The notes: a model not told the origin generated them from the sequence alone. 32,000 nt of DNA from Desulfobulbus propionicus DSM 2032 (GCF_000186885.1 NC_014972.1:1860001-1892000); one strand, 5' to 3'; counted from the stretch's first letter, positions 1 to 9,995 are shown. Program-made: numbers and translations.

Positions 1-261
1 TACAACACCCTCGGCGTCTGCTGCTACAAGATTGGCCGCTACGACCGGGCGGTCGACCATTTCCGGCGGGCGGTGGAGCTCAATCCGGCCTCGGCCATCG
101 ACTACGCCAACCTGGCGCTCAATCTGGAGCATCTGGGCGAGCGCGAGCAGGCGATCTGCAACTACGAGATCGCCCTGTCCCAGGATACCTCCATCGCCTT
201 TGCCGCCGAGCGTCTTGCCGGCCTGCTGGCGGAGGCGGCAAGCGGAGGGGAGCGCGCGTGA
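1..261 (+). CDS. TPR-repeat protein, C-terminal fragment (truncated by window start)
   Basis: Open frame from base 1: YNTLGVCCYKIGRYDRAVDHFRRAVELNPASAIDYANLALNLEHLGEREQAICNYEIAL, typical TPR spacing; stop overlaps the next start. Confidence 0.75.
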   Translation, partial: YNTLGVCCYKIGRYDRAVDHFRRAVELNPASAIDYANLALNLEHLGEREQAICNYEIALSQDTSIAFAAERLAGLLAEAASGGERA

Positions 262-1319
262 AATCCCTGCCAGCCCATCCGCACAAAATTCTGGTCCGTT
301 CCACCAACTGGATCGGCGACGCGGTGATGACCACGCCGGCGGTGCGCACCATCCGCGAAAATTTCCCGGACAGTGAGATCACCCTGCTGGTGCACCCCTG
401 GGTCAGCGATGTCTTCCGCTACAGCCCCCGGGTCGATCGGTTGATCATCTATGACAAAAAAGGGCGGCACAAAGGGATACGGGGCATGCTGCAGTTGGCC
501 GGCGAGCTGCGCCAGGAGCAGTTCGACTGCGCCATCCTGCTGCAAAACGCCTTCGAGGCGGCGCTGATCACCCTGATGGCCGGCATCCCGGTGCGCGCCG
601 GCTACACCACCGACGGCCGGGGTCTGCTGCTCACCCACGGGGTGCATAAAATCACCGAACTCAACCGCAAACACGAGATCTACTACTACCAGCGGATCAT
701 GCAGGGCTTGGGACTGAAACCCGCCGTCAACGAGCTGGAGCTGTTCATTCCCGGCGAGCAGATCGACGCGGCCAAGGAGCGGCTCGCGCAACGGGGCGGC
801 GAACGATTGGGTGCGGGGCCGTTGCTCGGCTTCAACCCGGGTGCCGCCTTTGGCCCGGCCAAGCGCTGGCCGGCGGAGAAGTATGCCCAACTGGCACGGA
901 CGATCTGCGACCGGCTCGATGGATGGATCCTGCTCTTCGGCAGCGAGGCTGACCGGCAGACGGCCGCCGACATCATCGCCCGCGCCGGCAGCGCCGCTTC
1001 GCGGATGATCGATCTCACCGGCGCCACCACCCTGATCGAAGCCATGGCCCTGATCGGCGAGTGCGACGTGTTCGTCACCAACGATTCCGGCCTGATGCAT
1101 GTGGCTGCCGCCCTCCACACCCCGCTGGTGGCCATCTTCGGCTCCACCGACCACATCGCCACCGGCCCCTATGCCGACAATGCGGTGGTGATCCGCAAAC
1201 CGTTGCCCTGCAGCCCCTGCAAGAAGACCCATTGTCCGGAAAAGCATTTCCGCTGCATGAAGCTGATCGACAGCGACGAGGTCTTCGCCGCGGTCGAGGG
1301 CATTCTCAAGGAGTCCTGA
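258..1319 (+). CDS. waaF: Lipopolysaccharide heptosyltransferase II (glycosyltransferase family 9)
   Basis: 353 aa, ILVRSTNWIGDAVMTTPAVRTIRENFP... and VTNDSGLMHVAAALHTPLVAIFGSTDHIATGP motifs; followed by gmhB. Confidence 0.92.
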   Translation: MKSLPAHPHKILVRSTNWIGDAVMTTPAVRTIRENFPDSEITLLVHPWVSDVFRYSPRVDRLIIYDKKGRHKGIRGMLQLAGELRQEQFDCAILLQNAFEAALITLMAGIPVRAGYTTDGRGLLLTHGVHKITELNRKHEIYYYQRIMQGLGLKPAVNELELFIPGEQIDAAKERLAQRGGERLGAGPLLGFNPGAAFGPAKRWPAEKYAQLARTICDRLDGWILLFGSEADRQTAADIIARAGSAASRMIDLTGATTLIEAMALIGECDVFVTNDSGLMHVAAALHTPLVAIFGSTDHIATGPYADNAVVIRKPLPCSPCKKTHCPEKHFRCMKLIDSDEVFAAVEGILKES

Positions 1320-1942
1320 TGAGCGCCCCACCTTCCTCGCCGGGCGGTGTTTCCACTCGCCAGCCGGCGGTGTTTCTTGATCGCGACGGCACCATCAACG
1401 AGCAGATGGGCTACATCAACCACATCAGCCGTTTTCATCTCCTGCCGGGGGTGGGCCAGGCCATCCGCCGTCTCAATGAATATGGCCTGCCGGTGCTGGT
1501 GGTGACCAATCAGTCCGGGCTGGCGCGCGGCTACTTTCCCGAATCGCTGCTCGACGAGGTGCATGCGGAGATGCGCCGCCAACTCGCTTTACAGGGCGCG
1601 CACATCGACGGCCTCTACATCTGCCCCCACCATCCCGAGGCCAAGGAAGAACGGTTCCGGTTGACCTGCACTTGCCGTAAACCCCGAACGGGCTTGCTCG
1701 AACAGGCGGCGGCTGAAAGGCATCTCGATTTGCCGCGCTCCTATGTGGTCGGCGACCGCTGGTCGGATCTGCGTTGCGGGGCGGCGGTTGGGGCCACCAC
1801 CATCCTGGTGCTGACCGGCTACGGCCGCGGCGATGCCCAGTACATCGGCCCCACCCAAACGGTCCAGCCCGATTTTGTGGCCGAGGATCTGCAAACGGCG
1901 GTGCAATGGATTCTCGACCGGGAAAACAACAAGCAAGGGTGA
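1319..1942 (+). CDS. gmhB: D-glycero-D-manno-heptose 1,7-bisphosphate 7-phosphatase (HAD family)
   Basis: Start ATG overlaps waaF stop (TGATG); VFLDRDGTINEQMGYI, LVVTNQSGLARGYF, Zn-binding CPHHPEA...CTCRKPRTGL, VVGDRWSDL. Confidence 0.92.
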   Translation: MSAPPSSPGGVSTRQPAVFLDRDGTINEQMGYINHISRFHLLPGVGQAIRRLNEYGLPVLVVTNQSGLARGYFPESLLDEVHAEMRRQLALQGAHIDGLYICPHHPEAKEERFRLTCTCRKPRTGLLEQAAAERHLDLPRSYVVGDRWSDLRCGAAVGATTILVLTGYGRGDAQYIGPTQTVQPDFVAEDLQTAVQWILDRENNKQG

Positions 1943-1999
1943 ACCGTCAACGCGACGACCCCCTTTTTGATACGTCCACCAACTGAGGAGGAACAGGCT

Positions 2000-2596
2000 A
2001 TGCGACGAACGTCAAACCATTTCACCATGATCGCAGCGATCTTCACCATGCTGATCCTGGTGTCCGGATGCGGCTACAACAGCTTGCAACAGAAGGAGGA
2101 GGCCGTCTTCAAGGCCTGGGCGGACATCGAGGCGAATCTGCAGCGGCGGGCCGATTTGATCCCCAACCTGGTCGAAACCGTCAAGGGGTATGCGGCCCAT
2201 GAACAGGCGACCCTGGAAGCGGTGATCAGTGCCCGCGCCAAGGCCACCTCGGTGCAGCTGTCCACCAAGGATTTGAGCAATCCCGCGACCATGCAGCAGC
2301 TCCAGGAAGCGCAGGGCGGTTTGAGCTCCGCCCTGGCCCGGTTGATGGTGGTGGCCGAACAGTATCCGGACCTCAAGGCCAATCAGAATTTTCTCGATCT
2401 GCAAAACCAGCTGGAAGGCACGGAAAATCGAATCAATGTCTCCCGGCAGCGCTACAATCAGGCGGTCGAAACCTTCAACGCCGCCATCCGCCGATTCCCG
2501 GAGAGCCTGACCAACAACCTGCTGCTCCATCTGGAACGCAAGGAGTATTTCAAGGCCGCGCCCGAGTCACGGGAAGCGCCCAAAGTCAAGTTTTAA
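2000..2596 (+). CDS. LemA family protein
   Basis: GAGGAGG RBS then MRRTSNHF...[51 protein letters not shown]; lipobox-like SGC. Confidence 0.9.
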   Translation: MRRTSNHFTMIAAIFTMLILVSGCGYNSLQQKEEAVFKAWADIEANLQRRADLIPNLVETVKGYAAHEQATLEAVISARAKATSVQLSTKDLSNPATMQQLQEAQGGLSSALARLMVVAEQYPDLKANQNFLDLQNQLEGTENRINVSRQRYNQAVETFNAAIRRFPESLTNNLLLHLERKEYFKAAPESREAPKVKF

Positions 2597-2612
2597 CCCC
2601 TCTGCGATCGCC

Positions 2613-3503
2613 ATGACAGCTCGTGAATCCTTCGCCGCCCCCCTGCTGGCCGTTGTGCTGGCGGCTGTCGTTACCCTTCTCTCAGCCCCCCCGGCCCTGG
2701 CTCTCGATGTTCCGGTCCTGGCCGGCCGGATCAACGACACCGCGGGGATTCTTGCGCCGCACACCATCAGCCTGCTCGATCATTCCCTGCAGAGCCTGGA
2801 GGAACACGAATCCACTCAGATCGTGGTGCTCACCATTCCGAGCCTGAAGGGCGACAGTGTGGAAGGGTATGCCCTCAGGGTCGCGGAACAGTGGCAAATC
2901 GGGCAGAAAGGGCTGGATAACGGGGCCCTGCTGCTGGTGGCGGTCAAGGAACGAAAAATCCGCATCGAGGTCGGCTACGGCCTGGAAGGCACCCTGACCG
3001 ATCTGGTCGCCGGACGGATCATTCGCGAACGGATGGTGCCCGCCTTCCGGCGGGGTGACTACGATCAAGGGGTAAGGGATGGAGTGGCGGCGATGATCGC
3101 CGCCGTGCAAGGGGAGTTCGCCGGCACGGAAGCATCGGTTGAACGGGGCGCGTCGCCGGATCCGGGCGGGTTTCTCGTGCTGCTGATCGTCGGCCTGTTG
3201 TTCATCGGCAAGGTCTTCCGCTGGCACAAACCGCTGGCCGCTGGTTTGGGCGGGGTGTTCGCGCCCCTGCTCGCCGGAGTGGTGTTTGCCGGCTTGTTCA
3301 GTTGGCTGATGGTCCTCCTGCTTATCCCGCTGGGCATGCTTGGCGCCTTGATGGCCACCCTGCTGAGCGGAACGGCTGGCATCCGCCGTTCCGGTGGGAC
3401 CTTTCCCGGCCTGGGCGGTGGCTTCGGTGAAGGTTTCGGTGGCGGCGGGTTCAGCGGCGGTGGTGGAGGTTTCGGCGGTGGAGGCGCCTCGGGAGGATGG
3501 TGA
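2613..3503 (+). CDS. TPM domain (YgcG-like) protein with signal peptide, TM segments and Gly-rich C-terminus
   Basis: LAGRINDTAGILAPHTISLLDHSLQSLEEHESTQIVVLTIPSLKGDSVEGYALRVAEQWQIG..., C-terminal GGGFGEGFGGGGFSGGGGGFGGGGASGGW. Confidence 0.88.
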   Translation: MTARESFAAPLLAVVLAAVVTLLSAPPALALDVPVLAGRINDTAGILAPHTISLLDHSLQSLEEHESTQIVVLTIPSLKGDSVEGYALRVAEQWQIGQKGLDNGALLLVAVKERKIRIEVGYGLEGTLTDLVAGRIIRERMVPAFRRGDYDQGVRDGVAAMIAAVQGEFAGTEASVERGASPDPGGFLVLLIVGLLFIGKVFRWHKPLAAGLGGVFAPLLAGVVFAGLFSWLMVLLLIPLGMLGALMATLLSGTAGIRRSGGTFPGLGGGFGEGFGGGGFSGGGGGFGGGGASGGW

Positions 3504-4189
3504 CCATGGATACACTTGCGCAACGGTTTTTCAGCACGGAAGAGCAGGAGCAGATCACCCAGGCGGTGCGGGAGATGGAAGGGCAGACCAGCGGCGAGAT
3601 CGTACCGATGGTGGTTTCAGCCTCCCACAGCTATCCCGAGGCCCAATTGACCGGGGCTGTACTCCTCTCCCTGCCCCTGGCCCTGATCGCTGCCTTTGCC
3701 ACCAGCAGCCTGCTGTGGTGGCGGGGGGAGGTACTGTGGCTTTTTCTTCTCTTTTTTCTGTGCTTCTTTGCAGGTGCGCGGCTGTTGGTGCGCCATCCGG
3801 TCCTGCTGCGTCTGTTTCTCCGCGACGAACGGACCGAAGAAGAGGTTCAACGGGCGGCGCTGGCTCACTTCTACAGCGAAGGGCTGCACCAGACCAGGGA
3901 TGCCACCGGAGTGCTGATCTACATTTCGGTGTTGGAGCGCCGGGTATGGATCCTTGGCGATCAGGGCATCAACGAACGGCTTGCGCCGCAGACCTGGCAG
4001 CACTGCGTGGACGGGTTGGCGCGCGGCATCCGGGAGAAGCGCCAGGCTGCGGCCCTGTACACGGCTATTGCCGAGATTGGGACCCTGCTGCGAGACCATT
4101 TTCCGCCCCGAACCGATGACCGCAATGAACTGGGCGACCTGATCATCGTGGATGACCGACCGGCTCGGCGGCAGCTGGTGGTTCGATAG
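3497..4189 (+). CDS. TPM domain-containing membrane protein (second copy in LemA/TPM operon); start may be 3506
   Basis: FFSTEEQEQITQAVREMEGQTSGEIVPMVVSAS; two hydrophobic segments; overlaps upstream gene. Confidence 0.82.
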   Translation: MVTMDTLAQRFFSTEEQEQITQAVREMEGQTSGEIVPMVVSASHSYPEAQLTGAVLLSLPLALIAAFATSSLLWWRGEVLWLFLLFFLCFFAGARLLVRHPVLLRLFLRDERTEEEVQRAALAHFYSEGLHQTRDATGVLIYISVLERRVWILGDQGINERLAPQTWQHCVDGLARGIREKRQAAALYTAIAEIGTLLRDHFPPRTDDRNELGDLIIVDDRPARRQLVVR

Positions 4190-4192
4190 GAG

Positions 4193-5050
4193 ATGGAGCA
4201 CGCGTCGAACACCGGACACGGGAAGCGGTTTTTCGCCCGATTCCCCGACCGGCCGCTGATCATCGCCCACCGGGGCTACCGTGCCTGTTATCCGGAAAAC
4301 ACCTTGTGCGCCTTTGCCCACAGTCTGGGCCGCTGCGACATGATCGAGCTCGATGTTCAGTTGAGCCGTGATGGCGAGGTGGTGGTCTTCCATGACGACG
4401 AGCTGGGGCGGACCAGCAATGGGGCGACCCTGGCCCACGAACTCGGTCTGCCCGCCCTGCGCTTGGGCGACTGGTCCTTGGCCCAGTTGCGCCGCCTCGA
4501 TGTCGGTTCCTGGTTTTTGGACGCCGATCCCTTTGCCGCCCTGGCCAAGGGACTGGTCAGCCGCGACCAGCTGCTCGGCCTGATGCCGCAGCGCATCCCC
4601 ATCCTGCGGGAAGTGCTGGCCTGGGCCTCGGCCCACGACTTGCCGCTCAACGTCGAACTCAAGGACAGCGGCCAAGAGGGAAGGAATGAACAGCTGGCTG
4701 CGGCGGTGGTGGCAGAAATCCAAGCCTCCGGCACCCGCGACCTGGTGCTGCTTTCCTCGTTCAATCACGATCTGCTTCGGGCCTGCCGCCAACGTGCCCC
4801 GGAAATCGCCGTGGCCGCCCTTCAGGAAGAGGGGCATCCGCCGGATATGATTCCCTATCTGCGCGCCCTCGGCGTGCAGGCCTATCATCCCGAAGACACC
4901 CTCGTTGATGCCGCCCTGGTTGCCGCCCTGCGCGCCGCCGGTTTGCCGGTCAACGTGTTCACCGTCAACGACCCCGGCCGCCAGCAACAGCTGTTCGCAC
5001 TCGGGGTCAACGGCATCTTCACCGATTTTCCTGATTCCTGTTCTCGATAA
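4193..5050 (+). CDS. Glycerophosphodiester phosphodiesterase family protein
   Basis: LIIAHRGYRACYPENTLCAFAHSL...MIELDVQLSRDGEVVVFHDDELGRTSNG; C-terminal NVFTVNDPGR...LGVNGIFTDFP. Confidence 0.93.
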   Translation: MEHASNTGHGKRFFARFPDRPLIIAHRGYRACYPENTLCAFAHSLGRCDMIELDVQLSRDGEVVVFHDDELGRTSNGATLAHELGLPALRLGDWSLAQLRRLDVGSWFLDADPFAALAKGLVSRDQLLGLMPQRIPILREVLAWASAHDLPLNVELKDSGQEGRNEQLAAAVVAEIQASGTRDLVLLSSFNHDLLRACRQRAPEIAVAALQEEGHPPDMIPYLRALGVQAYHPEDTLVDAALVAALRAAGLPVNVFTVNDPGRQQQLFALGVNGIFTDFPDSCSR

Positions 5051-5080
5051 CCCCTTTGCCGACCGGCGGCGAAAGGCTGT

Positions 5081-5737
5081 TCACCGCGAGTGGATGCCGC
5101 TGTCTCCGAGACAGGTCTTCTGTCGGTCGGCAAGATTGCGCAGGTAGCGGTCCACCTTGGCCCGACCGATGCGGCCCAGCTCCTGCATCAGAGTGAAGGG
5201 AATTTCGTCGAGTCCGTAGCGATCGCACAGCACATCGGTCATGGCGATCCACACATGGCCGGTCATCTCGGCATCGGCCAGGGCGCGATGAAAGGTGCCG
5301 TCGGTGAAGATGCCCAGATGGTTGACCAGGGTGGCCAGCTTATGGTTGGGGGATTCGGGAAAGAGGCGGCGGGAGGCGAGCACGGTGCAAGCCATGGGGT
5401 TGGACTGGTGGCGGCCGATCAACGCCAGTTCGGCGTCAAGAAAGGCGCGGTCAAAGCCGGCGTTGTGAGCCACCAGGGGCAGATCGCCCATCCAGTCAGC
5501 GAACCGGTTCATCACCTCTTCACAGGGCGGGGCGTGGGCAATCAGGTCATTGCTGATGCCGGTGAGACGTTCGATGAACCAGCTGATGGTGAAACCGGGG
5601 TTCATCAACGCCTGAAAGCGGTCAACGATCCGGTCGTGCTCGATGCGCACCGCCCCCACCTCGATCGGCCGGTCGCCCCGGTTCGGCGAATGGCCGGTGG
5701 TTTCAAAATCAAGAACAATGACGGCAGGGGTGGACAT
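5081..5737 (-). CDS. 3'-5' exonuclease, DnaQ/DEDD family
   Basis: AVIVLDFETTGHSPNRGDRPIEVGAVRI, LVAHNAGFDRAFLDAEL, FHRALADAEMTGHVW. Confidence 0.9.
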   Translation of the reverse strand: MSTPAVIVLDFETTGHSPNRGDRPIEVGAVRIEHDRIVDRFQALMNPGFTISWFIERLTGISNDLIAHAPPCEEVMNRFADWMGDLPLVAHNAGFDRAFLDAELALIGRHQSNPMACTVLASRRLFPESPNHKLATLVNHLGIFTDGTFHRALADAEMTGHVWIAMTDVLCDRYGLDEIPFTLMQELGRIGRAKVDRYLRNLADRQKTCLGDSGIHSR

Positions 5738-5803
5738 AGACCAGCGGTGAGTGATTGTGGGCAGAGAACGACGAAGAAAGCCAAAAGCGTGCCTGAAGGT
5801 TGG

Positions 5804-5838
5804 CCTGGGTTCCTTCCCCTCGGCGCGGGGAGCCCAGG
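5804..5838 (-). terminator. Hairpin downstream of the phosphatase operon (candidate transcript end)
   Basis: CCTGGG...CCCC....GGGG..CCCAGG nested inverted repeat, about 57 nt after stop 5895; no clear T-tract on the minus strand. Confidence 0.4.
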
Positions 5839-5894
5839 GACAGCGGGCGCACGACCGTTTCCTGTTTACGCCACCCGTCGGGGGAATGCAAGCA

Positions 5895-6500
5895 TCACCT
5901 GGTCAGCAGGCGGAGATTGATCGCCTCGACCCGCAGGCCGTGTGAACCGCGTCGCAGGAGATTGACCGCGCAATGGTCCTGGGGAAGCGCGAACAGGGTA
6001 CACAACGGCCGGTCCAGCAGACGGGAGAGAATCACCCGATTGACCCCGGCGTGGGCGACGACGAGCAGCGGACCGGGGTGCTCGTCGGCCAGCGCCCGCA
6101 AGGCCGGGAGGGCGCGGGCCGCCAGATCGGCGAAACTTTCACCGCCCGGAGGCCGGAAATGTTCCAGATCCTGGCCGCGCTGTTCATAGGCTCCGGGATA
6201 GCGGGCCTGGACCTCAGCCACGCTCAGGCCTTCCCAGTCGCCGAGATTGATTTCCGTCAATGCCGCCATCGATTGAATCTCGGCCAGCGGACGGTTGCCG
6301 GCCAGTGCGGCGGTGTGCAGCGCCCGTTGCAGGGGCGAGGAAAAGATATGGCTGAAGGTGAGCGCACGGAGCCGCTCGCCCACCATGCGCGCCTGGCGGA
6401 TGCCCTCTGCATTGAGCGGCAGGTCGGTCTGGCCCAGGAAGCGGCGCGGCGAGGATGTGTCGATCGCGCCGTGGCGAGCAAGAACGATCAGCGACTGCAC
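5895..6500 (-). CDS. Histidine phosphatase family protein (CobC/alpha-ribazole phosphatase-like)
   Basis: VQSLIVLARHGAIDTSSPRRFLGQTDLPLNAEGIRQARMVGERL (RHG motif); inferred GTG start at 6500, overlaps upstream gene by 13 nt; the 5' part of track ORF 5895..7010 is an out-of-frame shadow. Confidence 0.85.
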   Translation of the reverse strand: MQSLIVLARHGAIDTSSPRRFLGQTDLPLNAEGIRQARMVGERLRALTFSHIFSSPLQRALHTAALAGNRPLAEIQSMAALTEINLGDWEGLSVAEVQARYPGAYEQRGQDLEHFRPPGGESFADLAARALPALRALADEHPGPLLVVAHAGVNRVILSRLLDRPLCTLFALPQDHCAVNLLRRGSHGLRVEAINLRLLTR

Positions 6501-7654
6501 GGTCGGCCGACGGTCTGCAGAATTTCGGCCACCGGCTGCCCGGCCTCGGCGGCGACGGCCTCGGCCAGGCCCACGGCCAGCTGGTAGCGCTCGCCGATGG
6601 CCCGCAATGCCTCGGCATCCTGCCCATAGAGGACCAGTTTTTCCTCGAAACGCTCGCTGAGATCGACCATCCGACTGCCGCGAACCAGCTTGTCGGCCAG
6701 ATGGACCAGTTCGCGTTCGCCGATGGCCCTCCCCGGCCGCCAATCCAGATCCTTGTGGGCGGCCACTATCTCCGCCGCCCGGGCAAAGCCCAGTTGCCGC
6801 AGCCAGCGCGCCCCTTCCTCCTCGTGTTCGGGATGCCCTTTGGCCAGGTCGTGCAGCAGGCCGCTGGCCCGGCACAAATCCGCGTCCAGCTGTTTGCCGC
6901 CGTGCCGGTTGACGGCGTTGCACAGGGCAACCGCCACCTCGGCCACCCGCTGGCCGTGGGCCAGCCCCTTGGCCGTCATGGGGTGGATGTGGTCGAGAAT
7001 GGCGGCACATTCGTCGCTGGCGGGGTATTCCTGGCGATGCAAGGCGTGGCGGGCGGCGAGATAGTCCTCCGGAGTATCCATGTCAAAATGGATGTGGGCA
7101 TCCGCCACCTGGACCTCCTGCACCATGGCCGGCCGCGCGGCCTCGACCTCTGCCAGGAGGGTGCGCAGGCCGCCCTCGGGTTGCCGCTCCCGCTTGATCA
7201 ACGGAATCAGTTCAGCGGCGAGCAGGGGCGGATGGCCGCGTCGGCCGGCAAACAGCGGGTAGAAGATGTGCCCGGAGTGCCGGACAAAGGCATCGGCCAG
7301 CCGTTTGATGGTGCCGCACCGCACCAGCGGAATGTCCACCGGCAGAAGGAAAAAGCCGCTTGTCCCGTCCCGAAGATCGTGCACCCCGGCGCGGATCGAG
7401 CTGTACATGCCGCTGGCGAAATTCGGATTGTGGGCCACCCGCGCGCCGACCCCTCGGGCCATGGCCCCTACCTCCTCGTGCCGATGACCGGTGACCACCA
7501 CCACCTCGTCAATACCGCACTGGCGGAACAGCTCCACGCACCGTTGCAGCACGGTTTGTTGCCCTTCCGTGGCCAGCGGCAGCAGGGCCTTGAGTTGCCC
7601 CATGCGCGAGGAAAACCCGGCCGCGAGGATCAGGGCGCTCAGGCGAGGTGCCAT
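6488..7654 (-). CDS. MocA-like nucleotidyltransferase fused to an HD-domain hydrolase (DVU_1551-like NTP transferase)
   Basis: N-term LSALILAAGFSSRMGQLKALLPL, NPNFASGMYSSIRAGV, LLPVDIPLV; C-term HGQRVAEVAVAL...ASGLLHDLAKGHPEHEEEGA...IVAAHKDL. Confidence 0.88.
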   Translation of the reverse strand: MAPRLSALILAAGFSSRMGQLKALLPLATEGQQTVLQRCVELFRQCGIDEVVVVTGHRHEEVGAMARGVGARVAHNPNFASGMYSSIRAGVHDLRDGTSGFFLLPVDIPLVRCGTIKRLADAFVRHSGHIFYPLFAGRRGHPPLLAAELIPLIKRERQPEGGLRTLLAEVEAARPAMVQEVQVADAHIHFDMDTPEDYLAARHALHRQEYPASDECAAILDHIHPMTAKGLAHGQRVAEVAVALCNAVNRHGGKQLDADLCRASGLLHDLAKGHPEHEEEGARWLRQLGFARAAEIVAAHKDLDWRPGRAIGERELVHLADKLVRGSRMVDLSERFEEKLVLYGQDAEALRAIGERYQLAVGLAEAVAAEAGQPVAEILQTVGRPCSR

Positions 7655-8688
7655 GCCTTGCGGCCGGTGGCCCGCTGATAGATCAGTTCGCCGACGACGG
7701 ACACCGCGATTTCTTCCGGGGTGTCCGCCTCGATGGCAAGGCCGATGGGGCAGCGCACCTGCTCCAGCTGGGCCTCGGTCACGCCCTTGTCCATCAGCCT
7801 GACATAGATGCTGTTGCGTTTCTTGCGGGAGCCGATCATGCCGATGTAGCCGGCCCCGGTCTGCAACGCCTGTTCGAGCACCTCCATGTCGTGCAGGTGG
7901 CCGCGGGTGACGATCACCAGATAGGCATCGCGATCAATATCCTCGCCCTGGAAGCAGCCGGCAAACGACGGCAGCACCCTGATCTCGTCGGCCGAGGGAA
8001 AACGCTCCTGGTTGGCGAATTCGCTCCGGTCATCCATGACCACCACCCGGAATCCGACCCGGGCCGCGGCCTCGGCGGTGCAGGCGGCCACGTGGCCGGC
8101 GCCGATCAGGTAGAGATTGCCGCCGACCGCGAACGAGGCGACCAGATAGCATTGCCCCGCCTGTTCCAGGACGGTGGCCGCCGAGGTGGAAGGCCGGAGC
8201 TGCTTGACGGCCGCGAGCAGGGCTTCGGAAACATCGGCGGCGGTTGTTCTGCCCTTGTGATCGACGACAAAGCGCTGTTCACCGTTGTGCGCTTCCAACG
8301 GGCTGACCAGAACGGCCCGGCGGCCCGATTCCATGGCCGCGAGCAGGTCGCCGAACACCGCCCGGTTGGACGCATCGGCCCGGATGCATTCCAAACAGAA
8401 TTCCATCCGTCCGCCGCAGATCATGTCGGTGACGGCGGCATCGCCGTTGGACAGATCAAAGGCATGGCAGCGGGAAACGCCGGTGGCAAAACAGTCTGCC
8501 GCTTCCCTGATGGCCGCAGCCTCGACCAGACCGCCGCCAATGGTGCCGGCGATGCGTCCGTCGCGAAAGACGATCATTTTCGCGCCCGCCACCCGGGGAG
8601 TGGACCCGGATTGGCTGCACACGGTGGCCAGAACAAGATCCTGACCGCTGTCCAAGGTGGTGCATATTTGCTGAATCAATTTTTTCAT
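7639..8688 (-). CDS. xdhC: XdhC/CoxF family protein (molybdenum hydroxylase maturation factor)
   Basis: LVLATVCSQSGSTPRVAGAKMIVFRDGRIAGTIGGGLVEA; IGAGHVAACTAEAAARVGFRVVVMDDR; YIGMIGSRKKRNSIYVRL. Confidence 0.92.
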   Translation of the reverse strand: MKKLIQQICTTLDSGQDLVLATVCSQSGSTPRVAGAKMIVFRDGRIAGTIGGGLVEAAAIREAADCFATGVSRCHAFDLSNGDAAVTDMICGGRMEFCLECIRADASNRAVFGDLLAAMESGRRAVLVSPLEAHNGEQRFVVDHKGRTTAADVSEALLAAVKQLRPSTSAATVLEQAGQCYLVASFAVGGNLYLIGAGHVAACTAEAAARVGFRVVVMDDRSEFANQERFPSADEIRVLPSFAGCFQGEDIDRDAYLVIVTRGHLHDMEVLEQALQTGAGYIGMIGSRKKRNSIYVRLMDKGVTEAQLEQVRCPIGLAIEADTPEEIAVSVVGELIYQRATGRKAWHLA

Positions 8689-9995
8689 GGTGCTTGGTCC
8701 TTTCGCTGCTCATGGAGCACGCGTTTAGCGTAATGAATCAATGGTCCGGGAGCAAGGGTCAGCGCAACTTCCACCTCCCGGAGCGCCGGATATCTGGTCA
8801 GTTGGTCGGCGGCGGCACGACGCACCGCCTCGCCGTGGCCCGGCAGGGTGGTCAGGCACAGCCGCAGTTGTTCCCCGCCGTGATCGTCGGCGAGGGAGGC
8901 CGAGAAATCGAGCAGGCCGGGGAGGGCCAACAGCAGCTCGTCCAACTCGGGCAATGCCAGCTGGCCGCCGCCGCGCAGGGGGCGGACCTGGTTGAAACGT
9001 CCCGTCACTCTGTCGAGCCGCCGGATGACGCTGCCGCAGGGGCAGGAACCGGCGAGGAGGCGTCCCCGGTCGCCGGTGCGGTAGCGGATCAGCGGCATGC
9101 CGGTGCGGGTCAGGGTGGTGATCACGATCTCGCCCCACTGGCCCGCTGCCAGCGGAGCCGCGGTGCGGGGGTCGATGATCTCCACCAACAGATCGGATTC
9201 GCGCAGATGGCAGCCGCAATGGGCCGCGCAGTCCACTCCGCCGCCCAGTCCGGTCTCGACCGTGCCGTAATGGGAAAAGACCTCGCAGCCAAGCAGCTGC
9301 CGCAACCCGTGGCACACGCTGTCGGGAATGTAGTCGGAGCAGAGCAGCATCGAGCGGACCGGTGCCAGGTTCAGGCGTAGATGGGCGGCCATCCGCGCCA
9401 GGGCCAGCAGTTGCACCGGGAAACCGACCAGGACATCGGGCCGCAGTTCAGCAACCGCATGGGCGGCTGCCTGGGGATCGCTCACCAATCCGAGGAGATG
9501 GCTGTTGACCTGCATCCGCTCCAGGGCGCGGGCGAGCAGGTGGCCGGTGGAATCCGGGGTGGTGCCGGGGAGACAGATGGCCACCGTTTGCCCCGGATCG
9601 ACCATCTGTTCCATGCCCAGGTGAAAAAAGTCCAGGGTTCGCTCCAGATCCTCGGCGGTGAAATACAACCGCTTGGCCGCGCCGGTGGTGCCGGAGCTGT
9701 GCAGGGTGACGATCCTGGCCACGTCATCCAGACTGACGCACACCATCTCCGGGCCATGGGCACGCAGATCGGCCTCGGTGGTCAGCGGCAGGGCGTGCAG
9801 ATCCTCCAGGCCCCGCAGCCGATCGATACCGGCGGCGGTCAATGCGCGGCGGTAAAAGGCGGATCGATCACGGCAAGAGGCAACAAGCGAGCGCAGCCGT
9901 TCCGCCTGATAGCGGTCGATGGCGGCCCGCGACAACGGCCGGTTGGTTTCGCCAATGGCCTGGCCGATCAGCTTGTCCAGGGGGGTGGATTTCAT
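8685..9995 (-). CDS. AMP-dependent synthetase/CoA-ligase-like enzyme, phenylacetate-CoA ligase-like (DVU_1553-type)
   Basis: VTLHSSGTTGAAKRLYFTAEDLERTLDFF; LLCSDYIPDSVCHGLRQLLGCEVFSHYGTVETGLGGGVDC; YRTGDRGRLLAGSCPCGSVIRRLDRVTGR. Start taken at M36 of the track ORF (ATGA overlap with trsS). Confidence 0.85.
   Translation of the reverse strand: MKSTPLDKLIGQAIGETNRPLSRAAIDRYQAERLRSLVASCRDRSAFYRRALTAAGIDRLRGLEDLHALPLTTEADLRAHGPEMVCVSLDDVARIVTLHSSGTTGAAKRLYFTAEDLERTLDFFHLGMEQMVDPGQTVAICLPGTTPDSTGHLLARALERMQVNSHLLGLVSDPQAAAHAVAELRPDVLVGFPVQLLALARMAAHLRLNLAPVRSMLLCSDYIPDSVCHGLRQLLGCEVFSHYGTVETGLGGGVDCAAHCGCHLRESDLLVEIIDPRTAAPLAAGQWGEIVITTLTRTGMPLIRYRTGDRGRLLAGSCPCGSVIRRLDRVTGRFNQVRPLRGGGQLALPELDELLLALPGLLDFSASLADDHGGEQLRLCLTTLPGHGEAVRRAAADQLTRYPALREVEVALTLAPGPLIHYAKRVLHEQRKDQAP

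Noticed and set aside
5895-7010. Full-length 371-aa reading of the phosphatase ORF
   Set aside because: The N-terminal ~170 residues are an out-of-frame, Arg/Gly-rich translation of the NTP-transferase gene; phosphatase homology starts at the GTG near 6500.
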